Part shown: positions 1 through 8,600 of the stretch, piece after piece
How positions within the stretch are numbered: position 1 is the stretch's first letter
Layout: the number at the start of each line of letters is the position of its first letter
Assembly (NCBI GenBank): GCA_964521805.1
Contig: CAZFSE010000003.1
Location: forward strand, 1 to 56,939
DNA from: an uncultured Verrucomicrobiota bacterium
GTDB taxonomy: Bacteria > Verrucomicrobiota > Kiritimatiellia > CAIQIC01 > GWF2-57-35
DNA length: 56,939 nucleotides
Reading direction: 5' to 3'
Notes under the pieces: model-generated
Seen by the model: only the letters and a program-made list of their open reading frames with translations
Told to the model about the DNA's origin: nothing
The model's database searches: none
Program-made: the position numbers and the translations under genes

Positions 1-275
1 CACCCCCAGAATGGAGCCCCATCCTTGCGGGTGGTCCGGAGGACCATCGCCGCCCCACAGCGAGGACAAACCGGCGTCGCGGAATCCACACGCACAGGTT
101 CCTTGTTCTTGCGCAAATTCTGCACGTGCTGGGCTCTCCTCTCCGAGGTGAGCGTCGCCGCCCATTTCTGAATGGCCCCTGTGATTTCCGGGACTTGTTC
201 GTCGTTGATCAGGACTTGCTGATATCGCTGGATCAACCGGGTCAACTCCCGGCCCTTAACCACATTGGCCGGCAT
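1..275 (-). CDS. Partial CDS (N-terminal ~91 aa; continues left of window): protein with topoisomerase-type C4 zinc ribbon
   Basis: Hand translation of the minus strand from ATG at 275..273 gives MPANVVKGRELTRLIQRYQQVLINDEQVPEITGAIQKWAATLTSERRAQHVQNLRKNKEPVRVDSATPVCPRCGAAMVLRTTRKDGAPFWGC. The frame is open to the window edge. CPRCG...FWGC resembles zf-C4_Topoisom ribbons. The start overlaps the 3' end of the upstream helicase gene by 20 nt. It is absent from the ORF track because it is truncated. Confidence 0.45.
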   Translation of the reverse strand, partial: MPANVVKGRELTRLIQRYQQVLINDEQVPEITGAIQKWAATLTSERRAQHVQNLRKNKEPVRVDSATPVCPRCGAAMVLRTTRKDGAPFWG

Positions 276-3200
276 TTCCGTCTTGAACGTGCTGATGCTC
301 AATCGCGATGACAATTTCGTTGGGCGGCAGTTTATCTTTGATGATGGCCAGATAATCAGCACCCATCTCTGTTTTCAGGTGACTGATCGCTTTCTCGAAT
401 TTCGCGTCCGTTCCTGACGACTCGATGATTTTTCTAAGGGTTCGATCGGAAAGCGTGCCGTGATTCTGCAAATCATCCAGCAGTATCTTTGCAAAGACGC
501 CTCCCGCGCCATTGGCAATTTTGCTGATCAATGCGTTCCGCGCCTTCGTGATGAGAGATGTGGCACCGGGGGTCGCGCCGTGTCGGCGGTCGGATAGGCT
601 CTGTTGAAGAGTTTCGTAGTTTGGCCAGAAGTTGTTGGAAAAATCCTTGCATGGTTTCGCGTTAAAGGGACACCGAATTTCGCTGATGGCCTCCTGAATC
701 GAAAGCTGAGCTATCTCGTCCTCTGCCTCTTCTGTTTTCTGGTGGCGCAGAGCAAAGAGAGTCATCCCTTTTCGTGAAAACAGATACGTGCCTTCCGATA
801 CCCTGTGCTCTGCCGCTTTCACGCGACCGGGCAGTTTATTTACCTTTTCGACCACCACCGGATATTTATTGCAGATTTCCGCCCACTCCCGTTTAGCCTG
901 GGTCAGGAAACTCTCTTCTTCCAGCGTATCCGGATTCCGTCCAAGCTTTTCAAACAGTCCAGCCGCCGTAGGTTCTTCATCGATATTCAGAATTTTTGAA
1001 TCCTCTCCGATGGACGTGTGGATCATAAACATCTTGTTTGCTGCAATCTGCCGCACATTATGAAGTCCTTGGCCCTGTTCAGATGGGAAAAAGTTAAAGA
1101 GATAGAGGTCGTCAAAAACCTTGGTTCCGATCCGGTTGATTCGGCCCACGCGCTGAATCACTCGGGTTGGGTTCCACGGGATATCGTAGTTGATCACCAG
1201 TCCTGCACGGTTGAGGTTGAAGCCTTCAGACATTTTATCGGTCGCCAGAAGCACCTTGAACTGATCCTGTTGAAACCCGGCATTGCACGAGCCATCAAAG
1301 TTCTTACGAACTGTCGCCGCCGTTTCCTTGCTCAACGATCGGATCGTCATCACCTGGCCAGGGAACTCTCTGTCCAGATATCCTTTCAGGTGATCCACCG
1401 TATCGCCGAACTCGGTGAACACGAGAATCTTGCGTTGCGGTTCCTTGGAATTGCTGGCCACCTTCGAATGCTTTCCTTCAAGGACTGCCCGTATTTCCGC
1501 AACAAGTTCACGGGCTTTGGGGTCATTGGCAATCAGATCCAGCTTCTCAACCTCATCTTTCACTTTTTGCAACAGGTTAATGTCAGATTGCAGATCCCGA
1601 TTAAACCCTTCCCGCCCCTTGTCGTCAAAATCCTGTGTAATCCTGTAAACCTGAACATTTCTTCGGCCTGAATAGTCACTTCCCGGATCAAGCAGTTCTT
1701 CCTGCTTCCGAAGGAAGTCTTCGACCTCTTCGTCCGACGCGTTTTCCATATTCAATAATTTTTCCATTAGGGCGCGATCCAAAACGACAACGCCCTTTCC
1801 TAGCGGTGCCGGCACAGCCAGCCGTTTGACGTTTTTGTGCACGCGGATCAGGTTATCCAGCGTCTTGGCAAAGGCACCGAAAGAACTCTCAAACCGCCGC
1901 ACCAGCAACCGGCGGATAAATTTGTACATATTTCGCTGCTGCGTATTCAGGAGCGCTGACGAATCCTGCCCGGCTTCATCGTCAACCGAATCCGAATCAG
2001 GCGTAGCGGGTACATAGGCCCCCGGTTGATAAATCGCGCCGGTGAATTCACTGTCTTCTCCAAAATACTCGCTGATCACCAGATCATAAAAAGCGCTCTG
2101 TTCCGGCGACAGCTCATAAAACTGCTCCACCGGGTCATGCATGGTCGGCAGGTTTTTACCAACCTCTTTGGCGTAATCCGGGTCGCCCTTCAGATCGAGG
2201 CGGTTGCGGCGGATCATTACCGGCTCGACCACCTGCCGTATTTCCTGTGCCAGTTTTTTACAGAGAACTTTCACCTCGTGGCGGATTTTCGCGAAATTAG
2301 CCGCTCGCAATTCCAGCTTAATCCCCAGTTTTTCAAGGCAGGTCGCCACCTTATCCGCGAGCTTCGGGTCCGTCAGATGATTCAGGACATAGTCCATTCG
2401 GATGTATTTAACCTGATAGACGCGAAACAACCCTTCGAGGTCTCCGTTGGGTGTCAGGAGCGATTGACGGGCTGGAGAAAAGAGCTTTAACAACGACAGC
2501 ATATCATTCGGACGGTTGCTGTATGGCGTAGCCGTCAACAGAAGTACCTGTTTGCCACGGCAAATCTGGGAAAGATAGTGATAATCCTCGCTGTCCTGAT
2601 TGCGGAAATAATGCGCCTCGTCTACCACTACCAGTTCGAAGTCACGCTGCCGGTTGACGAGACTCAGCACGTCATCCATCTGACCGCGAGAAACCGCGTG
2701 CCAGTCATTCAACCCGAAATCCTGCAAATAGCCCCACCAGCCGGTTCCAGTGTTATAATCCCCTACCAGTCCCGGCGGCGCAATCACAATGCCGCGCTTG
2801 CCGTTCACCCTGCCCAGCACACTGCCAACCACCGACTTGCCCAGCCCCACCACGTCGGCCACAATCACGCCATTATATTCCCGAAGAATGGAAAGCGCCT
2901 GATTGACCGCATCAATCTGAAAGCTCAGTGGACGGTATTTTTCAAGACCCACTTCGTCCGTGGGCTCGGCAAAGATTCTCAGAATGGAATCCGTCTTGTT
3001 CACCAGCTCGCGATGCTCAAGGTAGCTCTTCAGCACCAGTGCATAGGCTTCGAACGGGGTGACGGCGGCGATCAGTGATTCATCCCCGCCGACCAGCTCA
3101 ATGATTTTCAGCTTGGTCTCCGGATCATCAGTCAACGGCACGGCGCTTTCCCACAGGCTATCAAAAAACTTCTTTGATTCCTCCCCGCCGAAATCCAGCA

Positions 3201-3726
3201 GTTGGACATTCAGTTCGTTCTGCTCCAGCAGGCCGGGGCGAGTCATATTACTGCTTCCGGTGATCCAGCAATATTCCTTGCCGAGGGTCTTTGCGAAATG
3301 TTTTTTAAGGGAGAAGTGATACAGCTTCGCGTGATTCGGCTCCCGTGTTTTCTTGATTTCAAGCTGACCCGACTTCACCAGATCAATGAACAGAGAGACG
3401 CGCTCATAATACTTTTGCGTGTCGATTTCCTTGCCGCGCATCACTGAGCGCAGGCTTTGCAGAAAATCCTTGCGGCGCTCCTCGTCCGTGGTTGCAGGGC
3501 TGTGGTCGCCGGCAAACTCGACAATCCTCCCGGCGTGTTCTTCCGCCTCCAGCCCGACCAGAATCTTCAATTTAAAATCTTTGTTCCTCGTCAGCCCGCT
3601 GTGCAGTGCCGCAATGCCCCAGAAATAGAAAAACCCCACCAACACACGCATCTCCTCGCTCTCCGCGATCAGATGGTCCAGGCGGGTCAGCAGGCTTTGC
3701 TCTTCATTAATATTGGTAATCAGCAT
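256..3726 (-). CDS. PLD/HKD nuclease domain fused to SNF2-family (DEAH) helicase, defence-type helicase-nuclease
   Basis: 1156-aa ORF with ATG at 3726. N-terminal HKD motif: HAKLYHF...WITGSSNMT. Helicase motifs: ADVVGLGKS (I), VVVDEAHYFRN (II), LLLTATPYSNRP (III), and helicase-C LLATDKMSEGFNL / QRVGRINRIG (VI). A ~250-aa C-terminal extension has no recognised motif. Confidence 0.9.
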   Translation of the reverse strand: MLITNINEEQSLLTRLDHLIAESEEMRVLVGFFYFWGIAALHSGLTRNKDFKLKILVGLEAEEHAGRIVEFAGDHSPATTDEERRKDFLQSLRSVMRGKEIDTQKYYERVSLFIDLVKSGQLEIKKTREPNHAKLYHFSLKKHFAKTLGKEYCWITGSSNMTRPGLLEQNELNVQLLDFGGEESKKFFDSLWESAVPLTDDPETKLKIIELVGGDESLIAAVTPFEAYALVLKSYLEHRELVNKTDSILRIFAEPTDEVGLEKYRPLSFQIDAVNQALSILREYNGVIVADVVGLGKSVVGSVLGRVNGKRGIVIAPPGLVGDYNTGTGWWGYLQDFGLNDWHAVSRGQMDDVLSLVNRQRDFELVVVDEAHYFRNQDSEDYHYLSQICRGKQVLLLTATPYSNRPNDMLSLLKLFSPARQSLLTPNGDLEGLFRVYQVKYIRMDYVLNHLTDPKLADKVATCLEKLGIKLELRAANFAKIRHEVKVLCKKLAQEIRQVVEPVMIRRNRLDLKGDPDYAKEVGKNLPTMHDPVEQFYELSPEQSAFYDLVISEYFGEDSEFTGAIYQPGAYVPATPDSDSVDDEAGQDSSALLNTQQRNMYKFIRRLLVRRFESSFGAFAKTLDNLIRVHKNVKRLAVPAPLGKGVVVLDRALMEKLLNMENASDEEVEDFLRKQEELLDPGSDYSGRRNVQVYRITQDFDDKGREGFNRDLQSDINLLQKVKDEVEKLDLIANDPKARELVAEIRAVLEGKHSKVASNSKEPQRKILVFTEFGDTVDHLKGYLDREFPGQVMTIRSLSKETAATVRKNFDGSCNAGFQQDQFKVLLATDKMSEGFNLNRAGLVINYDIPWNPTRVIQRVGRINRIGTKVFDDLYLFNFFPSEQGQGLHNVRQIAANKMFMIHTSIGEDSKILNIDEEPTAAGLFEKLGRNPDTLEEESFLTQAKREWAEICNKYPVVVEKVNKLPGRVKAAEHRVSEGTYLFSRKGMTLFALRHQKTEEAEDEIAQLSIQEAISEIRCPFNAKPCKDFSNNFWPNYETLQQSLSDRRHGATPGATSLITKARNALISKIANGAGGVFAKILLDDLQNHGTLSDRTLRKIIESSGTDAKFEKAISHLKTEMGADYLAIIKDKLPPNEIVIAIEHQHVQDGNAGQCG

Positions 3727-3739
3727 ACGCTATCCTTTT

Positions 3740-3780
3740 CGGTCGATTTTGCCATAGCATCGGTCAATTATCGGTCGATT
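3740..3780 (-). promoter_or_regulatory. Three direct repeats CGGTC(G/A)ATT (minus strand AAT(C/T)GACCG) 14-54 nt upstream of the helicase start codon
   Basis: Copies at 3740..3748, 3761..3769 and 3772..3780, with start-to-start spacing of 21 and 11 bp. They lie immediately upstream of the ATG at 3726. The function (operator or promoter element) is inferred. Confidence 0.35.
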
Positions 3781-3892
3781 CATATTTCTTTGGGGCATTT
3801 GGTGCACTTATGACCCCTTTTGCAATGACGGATTGGACGGGATTCCTCGCCCTTGCATTTGAGAGCATGGTGCGTTTGGAATGCTTCATCTC

Positions 3893-4113
3893 GTCCTGTT
3901 TACCGGGATCTCGGGTCGTGAGAATGACATTGGTGCCGCCCCGGCAATGTCCTGTTTGCACCACGGACACCTCCTCGCGCATACCGTTTTTCACTAACAT
4001 CTTACAACGTAAGTCGCCTAAGGATAAAACGACAGATGTCCTGTTTGTGTCCTGTTTACTGCGGGTCATGCCTGATCGCCTCCCGCTGGCTGTGTCCTGT
4101 TTACGTCCTGTTT
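3893..4113 (-). repeat. Array of six GTCCTGTTT (minus strand AAACAGGAC) direct repeats (iteron-like), spanning the 3' end of the DUF4062 gene and the intergenic region
   Basis: Exact 9-mers at 3893, 3949, 4038, 4049, 4094 and 4105, all in the same orientation. Two pairs are spaced 11 bp apart. A 56-bp offset recurs (3893->3949, 4038->4094, 4049->4105). The extended unit is approximately GTCCTGTTTAC(tg)CGGGTC. Confidence 0.6.
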
Positions 4114-5547
4114 GCCGGTCAGCTTGTAGTACGTATTTCGGCCCGTAACTCCCATCTGCTTAACAGCACCACAGTCCACGAGCTTTTTCAGGTCCCGCGC
4201 AGCCGTACGTACGATCACCCCAGTGAGATCCTGATATTCACGGTTGGTGATCATTTTGTTTTGTTTTAGATAAAAAACGGCCTTCTTCTGGCGGTCGTTC
4301 AATCCAAGCTCGTTCATCACTTCATCCGTGAGCCAGTCGCGCCAAATGGTCGTCACAAAATGCGGACCGTGCTGTGCGAAATCCGGCTCCGGCAGACCGG
4401 CCTCCAGACAGTCGGCAATCATATCGGTGGTGCCGGTTCCGGCCTTTTCAACATATTTGACCCGGAACAGCGGTTCGGCAATGAGCGGATTGCGGGGCAG
4501 CGGGCCGTGCGGCTCCCGCAGCAGTTCCGGAGTCAGTCCTGGAGGCAGTTCCCCGGGATTCCAGACCTCGATCCGGTCGGCAAATACGATCACCTGCACA
4601 AAACCCGGATTGCGGTAGTCGCGATGCGCCACCGCATTCACCACCGCTTCGGCGACCACCGGCCGAGGCACCTCGAAATCGCCCGAAGCCTGCGTCGAAG
4701 CCGAACGGGTTCCGACCGGACGATCCAGTTTGCCCAGCACAAACTCGACCGCCGAATCAATCACCTCAAACAGCGTCCCCTCGTACGGTTGCTGTGACAG
4801 CATCGGCTTGCGCTTTTCCGTACCGGAAAAATGGAGGCAGTGAACCTGAATATTGTTGAAGAACTCCCGTGGATTCTTACCAAACAGCAGAACCGCCGCA
4901 TTCACCGGTTGCCCATCCCGTAGCAGATTGAAATGCTGCAAAACTGCCTTCGGCGCCCGCGACCCCTTCAGCGTCAGCCGTCCCTTCGACTCGGCGGTTT
5001 CCACAAACTCCGTCACCCGCGCACCGTCGATGTCCGCCAGCGTTGCGCCCGCGCACGGCGTATCATCAAACGGAAGGGTCTGCAGCAGTCCGCGTTTTTC
5101 CAGACTGGCCACCAGACTGGCATACACCTCGCCCAGCAGACCGGAGGTATCGATAAACCGGCGGCGCGTCAACTGGCCGCCCGCCTTGCGGATCAGCCTC
5201 ATCATATCCGGATCTCGTCCGGCATCCTCTTCGCCCTTCACAAAAACGAGACGCTCGCGATGCGTCCGCGTGGCGCAGTCAAACTCCAGCTCCGTCGGCG
5301 AAATCCCCTTTGTGTTCTTCCATCCGTATTCGTTGCCGAAAATCGCCAGATAGATATCGCACGCCTCCACCACGGAAAGATATAGGTCATCCGGCGCACG
5401 ATCAGCGGCCGGAATATCCTCAAACAGGAAAACCGAATCTGCAAACCGGCTCAGAAGCGGATCATTCTGGATAAAATTCTTCACCGCCCGCCGTTCCCCG
5501 GCCAGCTCCTTTTGCACGGAACTGATAAATATTTTCAGCTTCTTCAT
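4066..5547 (-). CDS. DUF4062-like N-terminal domain + COG2865-type ATP-binding (HATPase_c_4) + C-terminal winged-HTH protein
   Basis: 493-aa ORF. The N terminus KIFISSVQKELAGERRAVKNFI...CDIYLAIFGNEYGW resembles DUF4062. The middle LLFGKNPREFF...VHCLHFSG and AVVNAVAHRDYRNPGFVQVIVFADRIEVWNPGELPPG resemble the 'putative DNA-binding / divergent AAA-HATPase' regulator family. The C-terminal wHTH-like segment is NREYQDLTGVIVRTAARDLKKLVDCGAVKQMGVTGRNTYYKL. Confidence 0.75.
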   Translation of the reverse strand: MKKLKIFISSVQKELAGERRAVKNFIQNDPLLSRFADSVFLFEDIPAADRAPDDLYLSVVEACDIYLAIFGNEYGWKNTKGISPTELEFDCATRTHRERLVFVKGEEDAGRDPDMMRLIRKAGGQLTRRRFIDTSGLLGEVYASLVASLEKRGLLQTLPFDDTPCAGATLADIDGARVTEFVETAESKGRLTLKGSRAPKAVLQHFNLLRDGQPVNAAVLLFGKNPREFFNNIQVHCLHFSGTEKRKPMLSQQPYEGTLFEVIDSAVEFVLGKLDRPVGTRSASTQASGDFEVPRPVVAEAVVNAVAHRDYRNPGFVQVIVFADRIEVWNPGELPPGLTPELLREPHGPLPRNPLIAEPLFRVKYVEKAGTGTTDMIADCLEAGLPEPDFAQHGPHFVTTIWRDWLTDEVMNELGLNDRQKKAVFYLKQNKMITNREYQDLTGVIVRTAARDLKKLVDCGAVKQMGVTGRNTYYKLTGKQDVNRTQPAGGDQA

Positions 5548-5639
5548 CCGTTACCTTACAATGTCTGGAACCTTCTCCGTTGAATTGTCCCGTCCATTTA
5601 AGCCTCTGACCACTGCCTTCCAAAGTCTGAAAAGATGCC

Positions 5640-5674
5640 CAATTCAAGTTTCAAATTTCCAGTTTCAAGTTTCA
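5640..5674. repeat. Degenerate 7-bp tandem array (AGTTTCA x5; minus strand TGAAACT)
   Basis: The five heptads read caattca|agtttca|aatttcc|agtttca|agtttca. The array lies 4 nt downstream of the methyltransferase stop codon and ~95-130 nt upstream of the next gene start (5547). Confidence 0.55.
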
Positions 5675-5677
5675 CTC

Positions 5678-8600
5678 CTAATCCCACCCCGGCAAACTCG
5701 GCGGCAACTGCGCCTTCCGCTTCCGCACAGCCTTCTTCGGAGGCTCACTGCCCTTTGACTCCCGACCGCTGACCTCTGTCGTCCGTCCTCCGTCTTCCGT
5801 ATCCTCTTCGCTGTCCTCCGCCCTCTGTTTTCCGCCCTCTGCTCTCTGAGCACCGCTGGCTTTAACGATCTCTTTTTCCTCGGGCGTAAGGCCGTAGAGC
5901 TCATACACCAGCTCGTCGATCTCCTCTTCCAACGCCGACGTGTCGGCAGAAGGGTCAATTTTTTTTGCGGCAAGGATGCGTTCAACGAGATCTTCTATAC
6001 TCTTGCGTTGCATGGGTGTAGCCGATGGAATAGGGGTTGCACAAACATACTGAGCAATAAACCGCAACCGTCCTCCCTTCCATGGATCTCCCAAAGATTG
6101 GAATACATTTCGTGCATACCAATCAAACAACCTACTGTTAATGATTCCAAGAAGACTCATTTCCATTAGAGGCATTATATACATTGTATTTAGGCAAACC
6201 ATTCCATCGGAATCAAATGATGCACGCATGTGTTTTGCAATATCAGCAAACAAAATTTTCGGTTGCTCAAAGGCATCATAATAAGCGCAGGCCCGAAGTT
6301 CCCACCAGTGGTTTCCTTGGTCTTCCCGCTTTTTCAGCTCGGTTTCCCACTGTTTCAGATGCGCGAAAATAGCGGGATACCGTTTTATGTCGGTTCCGAT
6401 CTTCGTCAGAATGATCCAGCGGCCTTTGTTGCGGATATGCCACTTACGCACATCATCGCCCTTGGCGAGCGGCTTGATGATCTCCGCGCTCTTCGGATCG
6501 GCGGCAATCAAGGCGTTCCTTTCATCGTCGTTCAGAATAAACGCTTCATTGAAGCCAGTTTTGATTCCATAGTAAATCTCGCCGTTGACATATTCACCGA
6601 GCGGTTTTCCATTGCGCAGCATTTTTTCCAGAATTCCCGACGTGGCCTTGCCACCGAGCGTCCATCCCGATTCCGACAACTCGGAAGGTTCCATCTGGCG
6701 ACCGGTTTCCTCAATCGTTTCGCGCAAGGCATGAATGTGCCCTATGTCCTTGATCGTCGCGGCGGTAAAGGTTGGTTGTGGAGTTTTCCCGAATTGCGTA
6801 ATGACTGGATCGGTACCGGCCTCGAACACCGGAAGCTCCCCGAAGTCAATCAGACGGTGGAGCGAATAGGTCTGGGTGAGGAGTTGCCGCAATGGCTTGC
6901 CATATCCGGAACGGAAAAACTTGTTGGATGAAATGTAACAGAGGTTGCCCGTTGAACTCAACAGCATGCCGCCGCGCTCATAAAACAGACAGTATAAATC
7001 GGCTGATTTGGAAAATGTCTTATACTTTTGGTTAGCCAAAGCAATTTTTGTTTTTTCAGGCAACTTCTGAATCTGCACATACGGCGGATTCCCTATGACG
7101 ACATCGAAGCCGTCCTTGACGTTAAACATCCATTCGGGGTCGGAGAAGGGGGCACTGGTGTTCTGGTCGTAGGGATCCCAGGCGGCCATCAGCTTGGCGG
7201 AGGCGGTGTCGAAACCGCCGCCTTGTTCCAGAGCCTTGGCTAGTTTTTCACGCAGGACTTTATCCTCTTTGCGCAGATCCTTTTTCTCCTGATAGGTACG
7301 GGCGAGAAAGTGCCGATGACGCACCGCCCAAAGCTCCTTCTTCATCACCTCCACATTCTGCATCGGTAGTTCGGTTCCGCTCTTAGGCAACCCGATCAAC
7401 GAGTCGGCGGCAACAAACTTCGTTTCGAGGTTCGGCAGGGTGTGGATGCCGTAATTGTTTTTCACGCAAGGTAGCACAGACATTCCTGTCTGTGAATATT
7501 CACAGGCAGGAATGTCTGTGCTACCTTCCTCGCATACCAAGGAAATAAAGAAACGCAGTTTGGAAATCTGCACGGCGATGCTCTGGATGTCCCCTCCGTA
7601 GATGCAGTTTTCGATCAGCTCCAGCTTCAAATCATAAACAGATGCGGCTTCAGGGATGTCGCGTAAAATCCGCAACAGTTCCACCATCCGCAACAGAACC
7701 CCCATCGGGAAAGCCCCCGACCCGCAGGCCGGATCGAGAATCTTTGACGTCACCAGCGCCTTGTCCAGCCCATCACACAGCTTCTTGTCTGAGGGGCGTT
7801 CTCCGTCGGTGAAAAGCTTGCGGATGGGTTCCGCATGTTCTTCGCCGCATTTTCCTGTCAGATGGGCCATCAGGCTTTCGTCCACCATGTAGTTGACGAT
7901 TTCGCGCGGGGTGTAGAACGAGCCCGTGGCGTTGCGCGCCGCGACTTTGGTTTCGGGATTGTAGGCACCGAGCAGGTTTTCAAACACCTTCCCCAACAAT
8001 TCGGGATCGAGCGCGACTTCTTCATCGCCGGGCGAGTTTTCTTCAACCGTGAAGTTGTACTGTTGCAAGAGCGGAATCAGTCCCTTATCCGGGTCGAAGA
8101 AGAGCCGGTTCGGCACTTTCGCGGTCTTGTTGCTATTGCGGGAAAAGCCGTCGCAGTAGTTCTTGCCGCGGTCCAAACACTCAAACAGCCCGCCGTTCAA
8201 GAACGGAATCATCGCAAACAGCTTGAGCACCTCGGCCTCGGGAATCGCGAACTCTTTCGGATAACGGTAGAGCGTCTTGATGTCGAAATGTTCTTTTCGG
8301 TCACCCGTCTGTGTGGCAAACGCCCGTTCCGGGATTTCGGAGTTGAGGGTGGCAAAGAAGAGATTCTGCAGGATAGCCCGGTAATAGTTGTCGCCCGTTG
8401 CCGGGCTGAAGTTCTCCAGGATTTTGTTCAGCTCTGCCGGATCGAAGAGGTTGTCAGGGACAAGGTGCTTTTGCTTCAGGAACCAGACAAACATAAGACG
8501 GGTGATCAGCCGGATGATGTGTTCATTAATTTCGCGGTCATCATCATCTGTTTCCGTATCGTTCGGATAGGTCACATTCATTTCATCCGAAAGCGCCCAC

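Noticed and set aside
3893-4113. I considered whether the repeat clusters in the island (GTCCTGTTT x6, heptamer array) could be a degenerate CRISPR array.
   Set aside because: The repeats are only 7-9 nt (at most ~18 nt in extended form). The spacing is irregular (11, 45, 56, 89 bp). Some copies lie inside a CDS, and no cas genes are present. This is not CRISPR-like.
3764-4148. Small ORFs lie in the helicase-upstream spacer. 3764..4069(-) is 101 aa and its ATG overlaps the stop of the DUF4062 gene as ATGA. 3810..4148(+) is 112 aa.
   Set aside because: Both translations are compositionally odd (highly basic/polar, or Cys/Arg-rich) with no motif. Their apparent conserved peptides (KQDTNRT and similar) are simply the translated GTCCTGTTT repeats. 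The ATGA-coupled minus-strand ORF cannot be fully excluded without conservation or ribosome profiling data.
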